Assembly (NCBI GenBank): GCA_044226015.1 | Contig: JBGAHS010000006.1 | Span: 32,001 to 96,000 of the forward strand | Origin: Candidatus Obscuribacteraceae bacterium | GTDB lineage: Bacteria > Cyanobacteriota > Vampirovibrionia > Obscuribacterales > Obscuribacteraceae | Reading direction: 5' to 3' | DNA: 64,000 nt | Part shown: positions 20,401 through 30,000 of the stretch, one piece after another | Numbering within the stretch: the first letter of the stretch is position 1 | Layout: each line of letters opens with the position of its first letter | Made by a program: the position numbers and the translations under genes | Notes under the pieces: model-generated | Database searches by the model: none | Told to the model about the DNA's origin: nothing | Seen by the model: the letters and a program-made list of their open reading frames with translations, nothing else

Positions 20401-23400
20401 GGAGCTTATTGCCTACGGTGGCTCTGGAAATCAGTTTGCTGCAGTTACTGGTTCTGGCGGAACTGGTGCAGTTGGCGGCTCTGCAGGTAGCTACGGCGTT
20501 GTTCCGGCTGCTGGAAGTGCTTCTAGTAACAGTGCTTCTCCAGCAATCAAAATAAACACCGCAGGAACTATAACTTTTGCGGCAAATTGCATCTTGGATG
20601 CATCCGGTGGCTCTGGACTCTCTATCACTTCTCAAGCAGGTTCCGCTGGATCTTCAGGGGCGGCTGCCGGAATTGACGGTGGAAACGGCAGCAATGGTGG
20701 CAACGGAGGAAGTGGCGGACTCATTCAAATCAGCTCCAAAGCTGCATTTACCTCATTTGCTAGAATCAGAGCTGCAGGTGGTGCTGGTGGTGATGGCGGA
20801 TTTGGCGGACTTGCAGGGGCTTCGACAAGTCTATCTGCAGGAGGCACAGGCGGCTCAGGAGGTACCGGAGGCTCTGGTGGAACTGGTGGGGCTGTGAGTA
20901 TTACTGCGCTGTCTATATCAAGCTATGGTTCTCCGTCCATCGCATCCATTATTACCTCGGGAGGAGATGCCGGTGATGGTGGGTCTGGAAATCAGGGCAC
21001 TAGCTCGAGTATCGCTGGTGCTGGTGGAGTCGGCGGTGCCGGTGGCAGCGGTGGTAATGCCGGTCAATTGACTTTGCTATCTACTGGCACTGTCACTACA
21101 GGTGGTATTAATATCGGCAACAATTTTGAGATAATTGCTTCAGGCGGTCTGGCTGGAAGTGGCGGTGCGGGAGGTAACGGAGGCGACGGAGCTAGCCTTG
21201 CTGGTAGTGGCGGACAAGGTGGAGCTGGCGGGGCTGGTGGCTCTGGAGCGATAGGAAGTGGACCGAACACATTCGGTATCACTCTCAGTTCAGCTGGACC
21301 AATTAATCTTGGAGCCTCCATTTCTGTTAGCGGCGGTGATGGTAACAGTGCTGGAGCCGGTGGTGCCGGAGGTGTCATCAGCACAGCTAGCGTAGCTTCA
21401 GCTACTGGTGGTGCCGGTGGTGACGGCGGCAATTCTGGAGCAGGTGCCAGCGGCGGTACGGTGTCCATATCTAGTTCTCTGTCTAACATTAATGCAACTG
21501 GTTCGAGAGGCTTCCGAATTGAGGCAAACGGAGGTGATGCAGGTTCAGGTTCGTCGGGGGGTCAAGGCGGATTTGTCTCTGACACTGTAGTGGCTGTCTC
21601 TGGCGTCGGTGGAGCTGGTGGAAAGTCATCTCAAGTTGCAGGTGGTGGAAGCGGTGGTGTAATCATTTTCAGTTCAGCGAAGGGGTCTGTTGCTAGTGGT
21701 TCGGGAGGCTCACCAATCCTCAGTGTCGACGGCGGGGCTGCCACTCAACTGAGTGCAGGACCTGGCGCAGGTGGTAATGCTCCATCTCTAGGCGGGTCAG
21801 GAGGCGACATGTCAACATCGACTGCTGCTTCCGGCGGCAAGGGCGGTAGCATCAGCATCTCCGCTTCTGTTGCGGCGAAGAGTCTGCCATTGCTGTCAGC
21901 CAATGGTGGGGATGGATCGCTCGGAATCGCGGGTGGAGCCGGTGGCGGTGCTCTCTCTCTCAGCGGAAATGCCGCGTCCGGCGGCAGCGGTTCTTCCGGT
22001 GGTGCTGGTGGTGATGCTGGTAAATTGACGGTAACGGTCAGTACAGGCGAGCTTAGTTTGGCGGGAACAGGCATTTCTCTAAGAGGCGGTAATGGAGGCA
22101 GTTCTGGCAATGGTGGAGACGCAGGAATAAATCCCCCAGGAGCAACTCTTAAGGCTAATGGTGGCAATGCAGGTCTCAGTGGTGGAAATGGTGGCGCAGG
22201 CGGTAACCTAATCGTAAGTAGCACTACTGGTAATATCAGCATTTCTTCTGTGTCCGTAAACGGCGGAATCGCAGGTAACGGTGGGTTTGGTGGTATTCCA
22301 GCGTTCGGTGGTGGAGATGGAGGTAATGGTGGCACTGGAGGTGGCGGTGGCTCCGCGGGTAACATCACAGTCAGCAGCAAGTCGGGACAGATTAGCTTGC
22401 CAATTCTCACAGGAGTAGGTGGAGCTGCTGGTAATGGTGGCAGTGGTAGCAATGGTGCTGTGATCGGATCTGCTCCCGCAGCGGGCAACGGTGGCGGTGG
22501 TGGAAGTGGTGGCAATGGTGGTAAGGGTGCTAGCATCACCGTCAGTACTGGAGCTAGCTTAATAAGCCTTGCGACACTCGATGTCCGAGGCGGATTAGGC
22601 GGCAATGGAGCTTTAGGTGGTGACGGCGGTGCCGGTGGCGCTTCTCCAGGTGGTAACGGTGGCAATGGTGGCAGTGGCGGCACCGGAGGGAACGCGGGCT
22701 CGTCTGCAATCACTTCAAGCAAACAGATTCAGTTAGTTCTGTCGTCTGGACCGTCAGCGCAAGGAGGCGATGGTGGAACCGGTGCTAAGTCCGGTTTCGG
22801 CGGAAGCGGCTCAAGCTTTGGACTAGCTGGTATCAGTGGAGTAGGTGGAAATGGTGGCAATGGTGGAAATCTATCTTTTACCGCCCCTTCTGTAGTTCCG
22901 CCTATATCAAGCATTCCATCTTCTTCTGTCAGCGGAGGCTTTGGTGGACTTGCTCCAGTAATCTTCGGCAAGTCAGGCAACCCAGGTACGATAACCTTAT
23001 TAGATGATGGTGACTCAGAGCTTCCTGCTCGTACTTTGATTAAGCGTAAGATTGCGAAGAACGATGAGTCAGAAACTGCACCGAGTTCTGATTTCGATGT
23101 TTACAAGCCTGTAGCTTTCGTTCAGAATGTTCTACGGTTTAACCAACAAGACTTCAGTGCTTCAAATGTCTTGCTCGCTCCGACAAAGAGAGATGCTAGT
23201 GTCAAATGCGGTGACCTTTTAATTACTGTTGCAAAAGGCTCCGCTGCATTCATCTTAGACAATGGTGAAAGCTTGTGTGTCATGTCACTGCATGATAATC
23301 GCAATGGCGATATCAAAATCAGCAACGGAAAACAGAACTACACGCTGCGAACCAGTGAAGAGCTTTTGTTCAGCCGTTCTGGAGCAAGCTTTGACGCCGC

Positions 23401-23665
23401 ACACGTACTTCCTCAGCTTGGGGTTAGAAACATTGTTTCGCAGCAACTTCCGGGAGGAAAGAGTGCATACCTAAGTGAGTTCTCCCTTCCTTCTGCAATT
23501 TCGCAACTTGATTCCTTGAGGATTTTGAAGAATTCCAATAATCCAGCGGACAGAGCTTTGTATGACAAGATGCTCAAGAATGCTGCGGTAGTGCTAAACC
23601 TCATGGCCAAGAAAGGAGCCTACAAGAGCGCAAATTCAATTGTGAACATCAAAGCAAGCAGATAG
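8468..23665 (+). CDS. Giant secreted glycine-rich repeat protein A, about 5065 aa (adhesin/surface-filament-like)
   Basis: Uninterrupted 15.2-kb ORF. Start moved from 8408 to the ATG at 8468 (GAGG RBS; matches the paralog start MQMKSV). Sec signal peptide ending ARA-QQ, a beta-helix-like N-region, about 4,200 aa of GGxGGx modules, and a 188-aa C-terminal domain. Confidence 0.9.
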   Translation: MQMKSVFATMACVGLAYSQVIAARAQQANPGGDLNLASKERSVTAPSNIPSVNIRVGGHNQVITPGMSLTPAEAMALSQVIATGKQSLVIGAGGNAIGGNLVLQPTSSLTALTVPLGVSVIRDFAGVQSLNVAGNITNSGSIYAVSTAPMVNNALISAANITNNVGALISSMLPAGGLAGFSNAIGGLNLTLFANNSIVNHGSITSAGNLNLIAGNSIVNQSSGGNQALMAAMGSVNLASSHIQNSGIINAIANVNVYQNATLSSQLSTVLSEQIKSGLINSLGNLTVNNALGTISAQTGSINILTPGLKSESLNLLGGTWLSNELNINAGCSNLVMAVDTVTGTVNSIAGSGNVGAVNGIRLGETVFSGDPTFWSSSGDITISSTQTFDAAITYLSSGNIIFDSTAGSIAIRSYQAGTQGFDITMVAGAALTGGSAPVYPSSINPGDSVSLTGVGAGGSIKQTGSNGVAIDASSVGFNSGNILIAAYKTSKAGTGQIDLTNTNVLAQSDIGKGGNVTVIAPTITLGSINSKGAVGSPSLTVTTANPSGTLKADSSGAVVGTLTAGAIDAAGSVVLTSSVVNSAGKVVINAGSTGTNIDMKSGSSIVVDGVSTNVDAGSITLNGGTIVLDSIQANGFNQPLIAKSATLSGGNGGTVTVTSTVNLSSGTTSTLAFGGNGSYGDPGFTGGSGGNGGTINIKAVTTDLASYAFSIGGGKGGDGGAGANGGTGLAGDAGTTGGAGGKGGSFTVNSTGSLSLGLIDSRGGDGGFGGTGGNGGTNVSGTGGGGGFGGLGGSGGAGGTVQVSGPSVAVKSNIFTSGGSGGQGGNGGGGALGISGGSGALAGTGGVGGIGGAVTVSSTASLTFPSTATIDSSGGAGGAGGFGGFGADAIAGNGGSGGSGGSGAAGGKAANISINSNANILVSGVFTFKAQGGNSGVGFAGGSGGSGVGAASVGGNGGAGGSSGSAGTGGNISLTAKTSISSSGAGKLVVNNYGGAGGGGGAGGSGANAANSLGSIAGSGGAGGSGGQGADAGKLSFSSSSFDSLLSINDAGSLSFGAGGPGGAGGFGGFSVPAFNSDGGSGGAGGSGGNGGKGIAISFTTPGAITFQNGTAVNNYSGRGGAGGFGGTALTGGTFGSGGSGGAGGSGGSGADAVGLSFTSTPSSINFSTSALLFAPGNGGNAGGGGQGADCVAGTAGNGGNGGTAGTAGKAVAITLTAASFSSGPGTLASFGAIGGNGGDAGIGGTGLLAGGLSGFSSSGASGTAGGAITINATNNAVLPGLLSEGGAGGTGGLGAGGAGASASGTGAAGQAGGAGGSGGAGAAITVESKSGSLTLTAAISSRGASGLFGSAGGSGGSGQNGGAGGAGGAGGNAGAGGNISLKAKGDITLSVPSISASAGDSAAGAPGGSSGNGFTGNSANGGAGGAAGLGANGGTILLSSSGGSIINTGSLNVSSTGSTAARSGNGGNAGSADASSIAGSGGNAGTTAAGGNAGNISFSAKNAINAGVSGINFFNFGGPGGNSGSGGDGASGGTGGKGGAASSGGKGGNGSTLSLSAATISGKLGLNPFASTFYASGGDGGSGGVGGSSALSSSTGANAGKSGSGGDGGLGPTVSLKATSSLSLDAGSILNSFGGRGGDGALGFSGGQGDATGGNGADGGSGGAGGASGSLAISSGGTINLDANINWAGGKGGKGADGGSGAYGVSAGSGSAGKGGSGGVGGSSAAISIDAKSTLTFASSNVLSSVGGIGGDGGAGAATASSQLSLAGGDGGSGGKGGAGGQITLSGSALTLGTPFSIGGKGGSGGDGASGGFSSSILSTGAVGGAGGDGAAAGAAGAIKITASAGLTLNGSIFAEGGKAGTGGNGADGASGGTGGAAGKGGAGGDSGAGADITISAGGDINVIGNLVISSSASEGSESNGTGVSGKGGIGGAGGFGNQTTIGGAGGQGGAAGSGAKAGVVTINQSKGNFNLFGDLGIYAGGSSAGVAGAGGVGGSSIGNGGSGGDGGSTSLSKAGVGGNISISGANSTILSNGGSLSFVNFGGSGATGADGGKGASVSVSAATFAGAGGAGSAGGDAAAGGAVSVKVASINAVVLVNPDALDYGRGGAGGAGGDGGFVANLSSKAGNGGAGGNAGKNASGVNVTLDGSKGITLLTGSKIITRGVFVAFGGGNGGNGGISTGTDESGGDGGNGGAGSSSLTVNQSVTLTSSAGFINLNDVIIDISGPSSGSGGKGGSGGAGSFASSLGVGGAGGDGGSGGSTTSSPGAITISAAKDISMSSLGSLNASGGDGGSAAGAGSGGIAIGSGSKGGDGGLGGFGGNGGSSGTISVVSTAGSLLFNSDGTSNTGPFIMASGGDGGDNGAGGSGGAGGIVGGRGGDAGNSGDGGAAFSSSTVNTVQLKAAKTITLPSIVAFGGEGGSAANSGAFGGMAQDGSGGDGGFGGTAGAGGIGGKISIVSSGDIITPANSPSIVARGGIAGEQGSGGNGGSGGATAIGLGSGGKGGDAGGVKSSGAGGTVTIQSGGLLGSKSEYDLIINVSGGDGSAASPSVFGGSGGDGGLSPGAGGSVVAPLGTVTASGGNGGQVTLNGKDISHIRVIAEGGSGSQATAYGGDGGDQTNTSTLIGSGAAGGSVGVRGAGGAGGIINITATAGGFLGLGISANGGSGGNGSTAIGGNGGSGRVQGGAGGSMGTTGAGGAGGKVNISVTTGLLDLRDALVMANGGDGASANGSGGNGGSSDFGSGGAGGAAQGSGAGGAGGSISLSSTTGGMLISTAYALGGSVFGGAVSGGEGGRAGISGSFGATTGGAGGNLGTIGNAGAGGTIDIKAGTGTGSIQVQELLAAFGGSVTSFSSSTPGKGGDNDNVLGSGGNTGSFVNAGNAGNGGSITFNSGQNIVISKTASVSVEGKSAAGFSVVYSLSGAKGTVSAGNGADSAALLGGSGGSGGTITINASAKDVNIMGTILLNGGDGGSGAGGTAGGDNTSLGLSGLGGAGGSGGIGGDGGSGGKLVINANTLTAGFGSEIDAIGGNAGSGGRGAVGGTGSTNIALGATGTGGNGGNGGSSGQAGSGGQVNITLKGAGITPSFDLRGGDASVGGSAERGGAARTVTGTNGNGAASGNAGSGGNLSISSTAGLLTISGSLIAVGGAAVFGGDGASGLNTEFAQAGGAGGSSGAAGNGGIINIAGSAGVVIASGLISSAGGASARGGDAGNAGASGLKSGDLGAVGGSGASGGDGGQITLSSDKGSLVLNSDFGLNVSGADGGNGGRGGDGGSTSLNSGSAGAGGASGVGNAGGSAGVINLNFAKGNIGAAGKFRLNLILNGGDGGDSGIGGGGGASLGLAGIGGNGGKSQSAGDGGVGGTLNVSANTINWYTNANLDGGDGGFGGTGGFAGSALNDSDGGSGGAGGKGGAGGYAGTGTITAAGNLISSYSSNITAVGGRGGDGGNARAGAVGSGIGQGGSGGRGGDGGAGGNGASFASGLVVTSSKGLLDLSNSGMSASAGAGGSAGAGGAGGTGTTGGDGGDTGDTGQGGLGGYVKLSAAGAATVGFVSAIGGSAGFFVSAAGAGGAALGAGGLGSGDGGSGGNAGLIRASGNGGKIEVSASSIVSAGFASLLAGGGGMFVSPADGANGADANPFSSAGSGGKGGNASVAQPAGNGGSITLLAKTGAVSGNFSLNVTGGDTTSSGGTGGSGGSGINSGGNGGAAAVMASGGNGGSISVTGVGVGPIRLLASGGGGGSSSGTGGAGGAQISGTLSTTGGTGGSGAKGGHGGDGGTITVNYSTGSLSILEFISASGGNGGSVTSVGGAGGNGNQGDGGKGGDAGFVGYGGNGGKLTISGSGSINANLSPINLSGGDAGTATADGGNGGSSSIAKGGAGGSGVSFLTNPLSGTSAGKGGSASLSTNTGAINIYVIDANGGDLPNSSSKAGNGGNGFSAGGAGGSILNIGAAGAGGTILLNSTGTSSTGGAISIQQELIAYGGSGNQFAAVTGSGGTGAVGGSAGSYGVVPAAGSASSNSASPAIKINTAGTITFAANCILDASGGSGLSITSQAGSAGSSGAAAGIDGGNGSNGGNGGSGGLIQISSKAAFTSFARIRAAGGAGGDGGFGGLAGASTSLSAGGTGGSGGTGGSGGTGGAVSITALSISSYGSPSIASIITSGGDAGDGGSGNQGTSSSIAGAGGVGGAGGSGGNAGQLTLLSTGTVTTGGINIGNNFEIIASGGLAGSGGAGGNGGDGASLAGSGGQGGAGGAGGSGAIGSGPNTFGITLSSAGPINLGASISVSGGDGNSAGAGGAGGVISTASVASATGGAGGDGGNSGAGASGGTVSISSSLSNINATGSRGFRIEANGGDAGSGSSGGQGGFVSDTVVAVSGVGGAGGKSSQVAGGGSGGVIIFSSAKGSVASGSGGSPILSVDGGAATQLSAGPGAGGNAPSLGGSGGDMSTSTAASGGKGGSISISASVAAKSLPLLSANGGDGSLGIAGGAGGGALSLSGNAASGGSGSSGGAGGDAGKLTVTVSTGELSLAGTGISLRGGNGGSSGNGGDAGINPPGATLKANGGNAGLSGGNGGAGGNLIVSSTTGNISISSVSVNGGIAGNGGFGGIPAFGGGDGGNGGTGGGGGSAGNITVSSKSGQISLPILTGVGGAAGNGGSGSNGAVIGSAPAAGNGGGGGSGGNGGKGASITVSTGASLISLATLDVRGGLGGNGALGGDGGAGGASPGGNGGNGGSGGTGGNAGSSAITSSKQIQLVLSSGPSAQGGDGGTGAKSGFGGSGSSFGLAGISGVGGNGGNGGNLSFTAPSVVPPISSIPSSSVSGGFGGLAPVIFGKSGNPGTITLLDDGDSELPARTLIKRKIAKNDESETAPSSDFDVYKPVAFVQNVLRFNQQDFSASNVLLAPTKRDASVKCGDLLITVAKGSAAFILDNGESLCVMSLHDNRNGDIKISNGKQNYTLRTSEELLFSRSGASFDAAHVLPQLGVRNIVSQQLPGGKSAYLSEFSLPSAISQLDSLRILKNSNNPADRALYDKMLKNAAVVLNLMAKKGAYKSANSIVNIKASR

Positions 23666-23706
23666 CGTTTCGTCAGAACCTTAGTTCAGGCGAAATTATG
23701 AATCAG

Positions 23707-23744
23707 AAAGCCAGCTGATCTCTTTGTTCAGCTGGCTTTTGTTT
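23707..23744 (+). terminator. Rho-independent terminator
   Basis: AAAGCCAGCTGA...TCAGCTGGCTTT followed by TGTTT, after gene A. Confidence 0.8.
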
Positions 23745-24095
23745 GTGCTTATTCCATTCATCCTGAAATAGAGTAAAAGGAGAATATTAGAGTTAATTCC
23801 TTCGTTCTTCTGGCTCTTTGTATTCTTGTGTGTAACGTCTTTGGAACAGCGAGGCTAACTGTGTGGTAGGTGCGCTTGGCTGGATTGGCAGGTTCCCAGA
23901 TTCGCCAGCGCGGAATCAGTGTTCATCTAGCAGTTATCCACCTTAGAAAAAATGTAGTATTTTCCTCCACTTTCTCCACATTCTATCCAAACTCTTTCTT
24001 TAGAATTGGAAGGTCTCAGTGCTCGATACCTATGGCTCAATTGTTGTTCAGGCAACATTTCGCTTAGTTGTGCCGCTAAAAAGAGGAAACTTTAG

Positions 24096-27000
24096 ATGCA
24101 AATGAAATCAGTGTGGGCTGTTATGGCTTGTGTCGGATTGGCTTATTCTCAAGTAATAGCGGCACGAGCTCAACAAGCGACGCCAGCCAGCGACCTCAAC
24201 TTGGGCTCTACAGCCAAAAGCGTCACGGCACCGGCAAACATACCTTCAGTGAGCATCAAAGTTGGTGGTCACAACCAGGTTGTGACACCTGGAATGTCAC
24301 TGACTCCTGCTGAAGCGATGGCGTTGAGCCAGGTCATATCATCCGGAAAACAATCGCTCGTAATTGGGGCAAATGGAAATGCAGTCTCAGGAAACCTCAT
24401 TCTGCAGCCAACTACATCCCTGACTGCGCTTACCGTGCCATTGGGTGTTTCTGTTGTGAGAGATTTCGCTGGCTCTCCTTCGATGAATGTGCTCGGAAAT
24501 ATTGTGAATTCCGGTTCCATTTTTGCTGTTTCCACTGCACCAACTGTGACCAATGCATTGATTAGTGCGGCTAACATCACGAACAACCCTGGTGCTTTGA
24601 TAAGCAGTGTCCTACCAGCAGGTGGTATCCCAGGATTTTCCGGTGCGCTAAACAATCTCAGTTTGACTTTGTTTGCAAATAATTCGATTGTTAACCACGG
24701 CTCTATAGCAAGCGCCGGAAATCTAAATTTGATTGCCGGTGGCAGCATAGTGAATAGCAGTGTTGGCAAAACCGAAGCAGTTATGTCAGCTTTGGGATCC
24801 ATCAATCTTGCTAGTAGCCATATTCAGAACAGTGGAATAATCAATGCGATCGCCAATGTGAACATCTACCAGAATGCAACACTGAGTTCGCAACTTGCAA
24901 ATATTGTAAGTGACCAAATTAGAAGCGGGTTGATCAGCAGTCTGGGCAACCTCACTGTTAATAATAGTCTTGGATCCATAAATGCAGTCTCCGGAAACAT
25001 CAATGTTTTGACGCCCGGTTTGCTTGGCGAGACGACTGAGCTAATTGGTGGAGCGTGGAACTCCAAAGAGCTAAACATAAACGCAGGATGTTCAAACCTG
25101 ATAATGGCTGTTGATCGTGCGACAGGAACAGTGAATTCAGTAGCTGGCAGTGGCAGTGTTGGAGCAATCAACGGAATTCATCTTGGTTCGACTGAGTTTA
25201 GCGGAGACCCCACCTTCTGGACCTCATCAGGGAATATGACGATTTCCTCTGATCAATTTTTTGACGAGGCAATAACATTCTTATCTGCCGGTGACATTAT
25301 CATTGATACCAGTGGTGGTGCTGTGTCTATCTCGTCGCGGAACGCTGGGACAAAGGGTTTTGACATAACAATGGTCGCGGGCGCTGCTCTGTCGGGTGGC
25401 TCAGCTCCTGTGTTTCCAACGCCAATCAATCTGGGAGACACAGTGAGTCTTACAGGCGCTGGTTCTGGCGGTTCTATTAAGAGCACAGGTGCCAACAATG
25501 CTGTCATTGACTCATCGAGTATCAACGGTAACGGTGGCAGTATATTCCTTGGTGCTTACAAAACATCGACGGCAGGAACGGGCAACATCGATTTGACTAA
25601 GGTTAGCTTAAACACTGGCTCTGGTGATGCGGTAGCCGGGAATGTGACAATAGTGGCGCCGACGGTTACTACTGGGACAATTCAGAGTGTTGGTGTTATT
25701 GGCAGTCCAAGCATAAAGATCACTACTGCCAATCCTTCTGGAACAATCTCTGCAAGCTCCACTGGTGCTGTTACTGGATCTTTGAGTGCAGGTACGGTGG
25801 ATAGTGCAGGCACGATTATTTTGACTGGCACTATCGATAGCGTTGCCGGAAATGTCGTTTTGGCAGCTGGTAGCACCGGTACTAACGTGGATATGAGCAG
25901 TGGCGCCGGAAAAATCTTTGTTGATGGATCCGCAACAAATCTCAGCGGAGGTTTTGTAAGCATCTCTGGTGGCAATTTGCAGATTGGCAGTATAAGTGCA
26001 AGCGGAGGACAAATTCCAGGAACGAGCAATAGTGCGGTTCAAGGGGGAAAAGGCGGCACTGTGACTATCACCGCAAGTGGATCTGTAAGTGTAAGTGGAT
26101 TGTCACAGAGCTTTAACGTTTCTGGCGGAGCAGGATCAACTGGTAACCAGGGAGTTGACGGTGGCAAAGGCGGCGATGGTGGTACGGTAACCATCAAGGC
26201 GAGTACTTTGAATTTCAGCAATATGCTCATTAGTGCCGATGGAAATGATGGTGGGCAAGGTGGCAGTGGTATAGACGGCACTCTTGGAGCTCCCGGCGGA
26301 GCTGCTGGCAAAGGTGGTGACTCCGGCAAGGGTGGTACCATCAGTATTACAACTACTGGAGCAATGACGATTGGGCTTCTTGCCGCGTCTGGTAGTGATG
26401 GTGGAGATGGAGGCGTTGGTGGTTCTGGCTCGCCTGTTTTGGGAGGAGCCGGTGCGATAGGAGGCTCAGGAGGAGCTGGTGGAGCAGGTGGACCTTCTGG
26501 AACCATAATATTGAATGGCGCTGGTATCACACTGAGCAACTTTGTAGGAGCCGATGGAGGCTTGGGCGGACTGGGTGGTGCTGGTGGAGCCGGAGGCGAT
26601 GGTGACACTGGTGGCAATGCTGGTGCTGGAGGGGTCGGTGGCAATGGCGGCACATCCACAGGGCTGACTATAACTTCAAGTGTAGATATCAACTTTCCGA
26701 ACACTACTACTTTGAGTGCTGGAGGCGGTTCTGGTGCCGCGGGCGGCAAAGGTGGCGATGGCGGCTTTGCGATAATAGGTGCTGGTGGGGCTGGTGGACT
26801 TGGTGCCGCCTCTGGAACTGGTGCGGGCGGCGGCAATATCACAATTTCGGCAAGCACTAACATCGTCAGCAGCAACACGCTGACTATAAATGCCAGTGGA
26901 GGAAACTCATCATCCGGCGGTGATGGTGGAACTGGTAGGGCTGGCGGGTCTAGCACTGGAAATGGCGGTGCCGGAGGCAACGCCGGCAACAGTTCTGCTG

Positions 27001-30000
27001 GTGGAGCGGGTGGAAACATTACTTTGAGTAGCACAAAGGGCACAATTTCTTCCACCGGACTCGGCTCTTTCGCATTTGCGAGCTTCGGTGGAAGCAGCTT
27101 AAACGGTGGTGATGGAGGCGTCGGAGGAACTGCCAGTCAGGGAACTAATTTCAGTGGTGGCAAAGGTGGTAGTGGCGGCACTGGCGGAGCGGCTGGAGAT
27201 GGCGGGAAGGTGAGTATTTCCGCTAACAGTTTTTCAGCAACAGTATTTGTAAACAAACTTGGATTTCCTCTGGCTGTAGGCGCTGATGGAGGAGATGCTG
27301 GCTCAGGTGGAGCAGCTTCTGGAGCCCTTACGAGCAACGGTGGTGCTTCAGGCAATGCTGGTGACGCCGGAAGCGGTGGGAAAGGCATGAGTTTGAGTTT
27401 TGCAATAAACAATGCCTTGACTTTCGGAACTGGCAGCATAATCAATCTCAATGCTGGCAACGGCGGAGATGGTGGTTTGGGAGCGCCTGGTCAAGTTTCT
27501 GCGGCTAACGGTAATGGAGGCAATGGTGGCAAAGGTGGTGCTGGTAGTTCTGGTGGTGATGCTCAGCCTTTGAGCTTGACTGTGAGTACTTCAATTGTTG
27601 ACTTCAACAATGCAATCATTCAACTCGGTGGTGGCAATGGAGGCTCGGCTGGTCTCGGTGGAACTGGTGGCTTATCGAACACAGGTGTAGGCGGCATCGG
27701 AGGCAACGCAGGTCTTGCGGGTGCTGGTGGCAAGGGCGCTAGCATCACGCTTACAGCAGCGTCGTTCTCTGCTCTCAGCAGTGCTTTGCTCAGCACTGTT
27801 GGCGGCAATGGTGGTGCTGGTGCAAGTGGTGGACAAGGAGGTAATTCTCTTTCTGTAGCAGCTGTTTCTGGCAGCTCTAGTGCTGGTGGTGCCGGTGGTG
27901 CTGGTGGTTCTATTATTTTGACAGCAACAAATGCTTCTACAATCCCATCTTTGTCGAGCGCCGGTGGAAGCGGCTCAATTGGTGGCGTAGGAGCCGACGG
28001 AGCTAGCGTTTCTGCTTCGGCGGGGTCTGCTGGTGGCGCTGGTGGAGCTGGAGGTGCAGGCGCAGCCGCTGGAAGCATCAGTGTTGAATCGAAAACAAGC
28101 TCACTTAGTCTGGTTGGCAATCTGAGCGCTCAAGGAGGAACTAATGGTGCTGGTGGCAATGGCGGCACTGGCGGTAGTGGCGCTTCCGGAGGAAATGGTG
28201 GTAACGGAGGTGTTGCTGGGGCTCCTGGTGCTGGAGGGTCCATAACAATCAAAGCCAACAATAATGTGACCTTTAGCTCTACGCTCACTGTCAGCGCTAG
28301 TGCCAATGCTGGTGGTAACGGACTTGCAATTGTAGCCGGTGCCGGTAATGGTGGAGCCGGTGGCATTGGTGCGACAACTACTGGCGGCTCAGGTGGCTCG
28401 GGCGGAACTTCAGCTGCCGGTGCTACTGGTGGCAACATAAGCATAAGCTCGACTTCTGGAAGCATCGTATTCAACGCTCAAAACGTAAATATCGCTTCAA
28501 ATGGTTCGAGCGCAGCGAATGCCGGTAACGGAGGAGCAGGAGCTGTAGGTGCTAGCGTCAGCGGCTCGGGCGGAGATGGTGGAGTGACAGCCAAAGGCGG
28601 TACCGGTGGAAACATTACACTAAGCGCTCTCAAAGGAAACATTACTAGCCCTGGTTTTGGTATCTTCTTCAATAACTTTGGTGGAATTGGAGCCAATGGC
28701 GGTGCTGGTGGCAACGGGTCCTCGGGTAACGTTGGCGGCTCTGGTGGACTCGGCTTTGTCGGTGGTGCGGGTGGAGATGGTGGCACTTTGAGTCTGAACG
28801 CCCTGACAATAAATGGTGGCATAAATCTCAATCAGACTAATTTTCCATCCTTTGGACTTGGAGGAAACGGCGGTAATGGAGGCAATGGAGGAAATACTTC
28901 TGCAGGTTCTCCAGACACCGGTGGATTTGCAAGTGCAGGAGGTGATGGTGGTGCAGGTGGCAAGGGCGTAATCATTTCTCTGAATGCCAGCAATGGAATC
29001 AACATCAATTCCTCTAGCGTAATCAGAAATCTATCTGGAAATGGTGGCACGGGTGGTGCTGGTGGAATAGGTGGTACTGGATCTGCTTCTGGTGGAAACG
29101 CTGGAAGTGGTGGCTCTGGTGGTGCGGGTGGTGCATCAAGAGGGCTCACTCTAAATTCCAACGGAGCTATCAACTTTAACAACAGTACTTTGATTCTTGC
29201 CGCAGGTAATGGTGGTAATGGCGGTTCTGGTGGAGTAGGTGCCGGAGGCAATTTGAATTCATCGGGAGTTGCAGGAGGGGGAGGTAACGGTGGTAATGGC
29301 GGTGCCAGTGCTGCAGTGACAATAAGTTCAAAGTCTTCCCTGAGCTTCTTACCTACAGCCAGCCTCATTAATTCTGGAGGCAATGGTGGAAATGGTGGAA
29401 ATGGTGGTGCGACTGGCGTTTCTGCAATAGCCTTATCCGCCGGTGTTGGTGGGAGTGCTGGAGCCGGTGGAGATGGTGCTTTAATCACCTTGTCTGGAAG
29501 CTCTGTGGTTCTCGGGGCTGTTTCGAACTTTGGGGGAAATGGTGGTAACGGTGCGACTGGAGGAGTTTCTGGTCTCAGCACAGTTTCTACAGGTCAAACT
29601 GGAGGAGCCGGCGGAAACGGTGGAAATGGAGGAATCGGAGGCGCTGTCAAAGTTACATCAACTGGTGCCCTATCTCTAGCAGGTTCCTTGCTAGCTGAAG
29701 GCGGCGTGGCTGGCAGTGGTGGCGCAGGTGGTGCCGGTGGAGCAAGCTCTAGCAACGGTGGTGGAGCGGGCGGCAAAGGAGGAGGCGGTGGAGCTTCCGG
29801 TAAAGGTGCAGATCTAACTTTGAGTGCAGCCGGTGATGTGAATTTGCTGACACAGCTTGCACTTTCTTCAAGTGCTAGCCGTGGTTCTCTGAACAATGGA
29901 GCAGGCACTGCCGGCTCGGGAGGAGTTGCCGGTGCTGGTGGTAATGCTGGTGGAACTGCCTCGTTCGGAGGTTCTGGCGGTGCGGGTGGTAACGCAGGCG

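Noticed and set aside
23934..23980. DnaA-box-like 9-mers (TTATCCACC, TTCTCCACA) between the giant genes
   Set aside because: Only two 8/9 matches, too few to support an origin or regulatory call.
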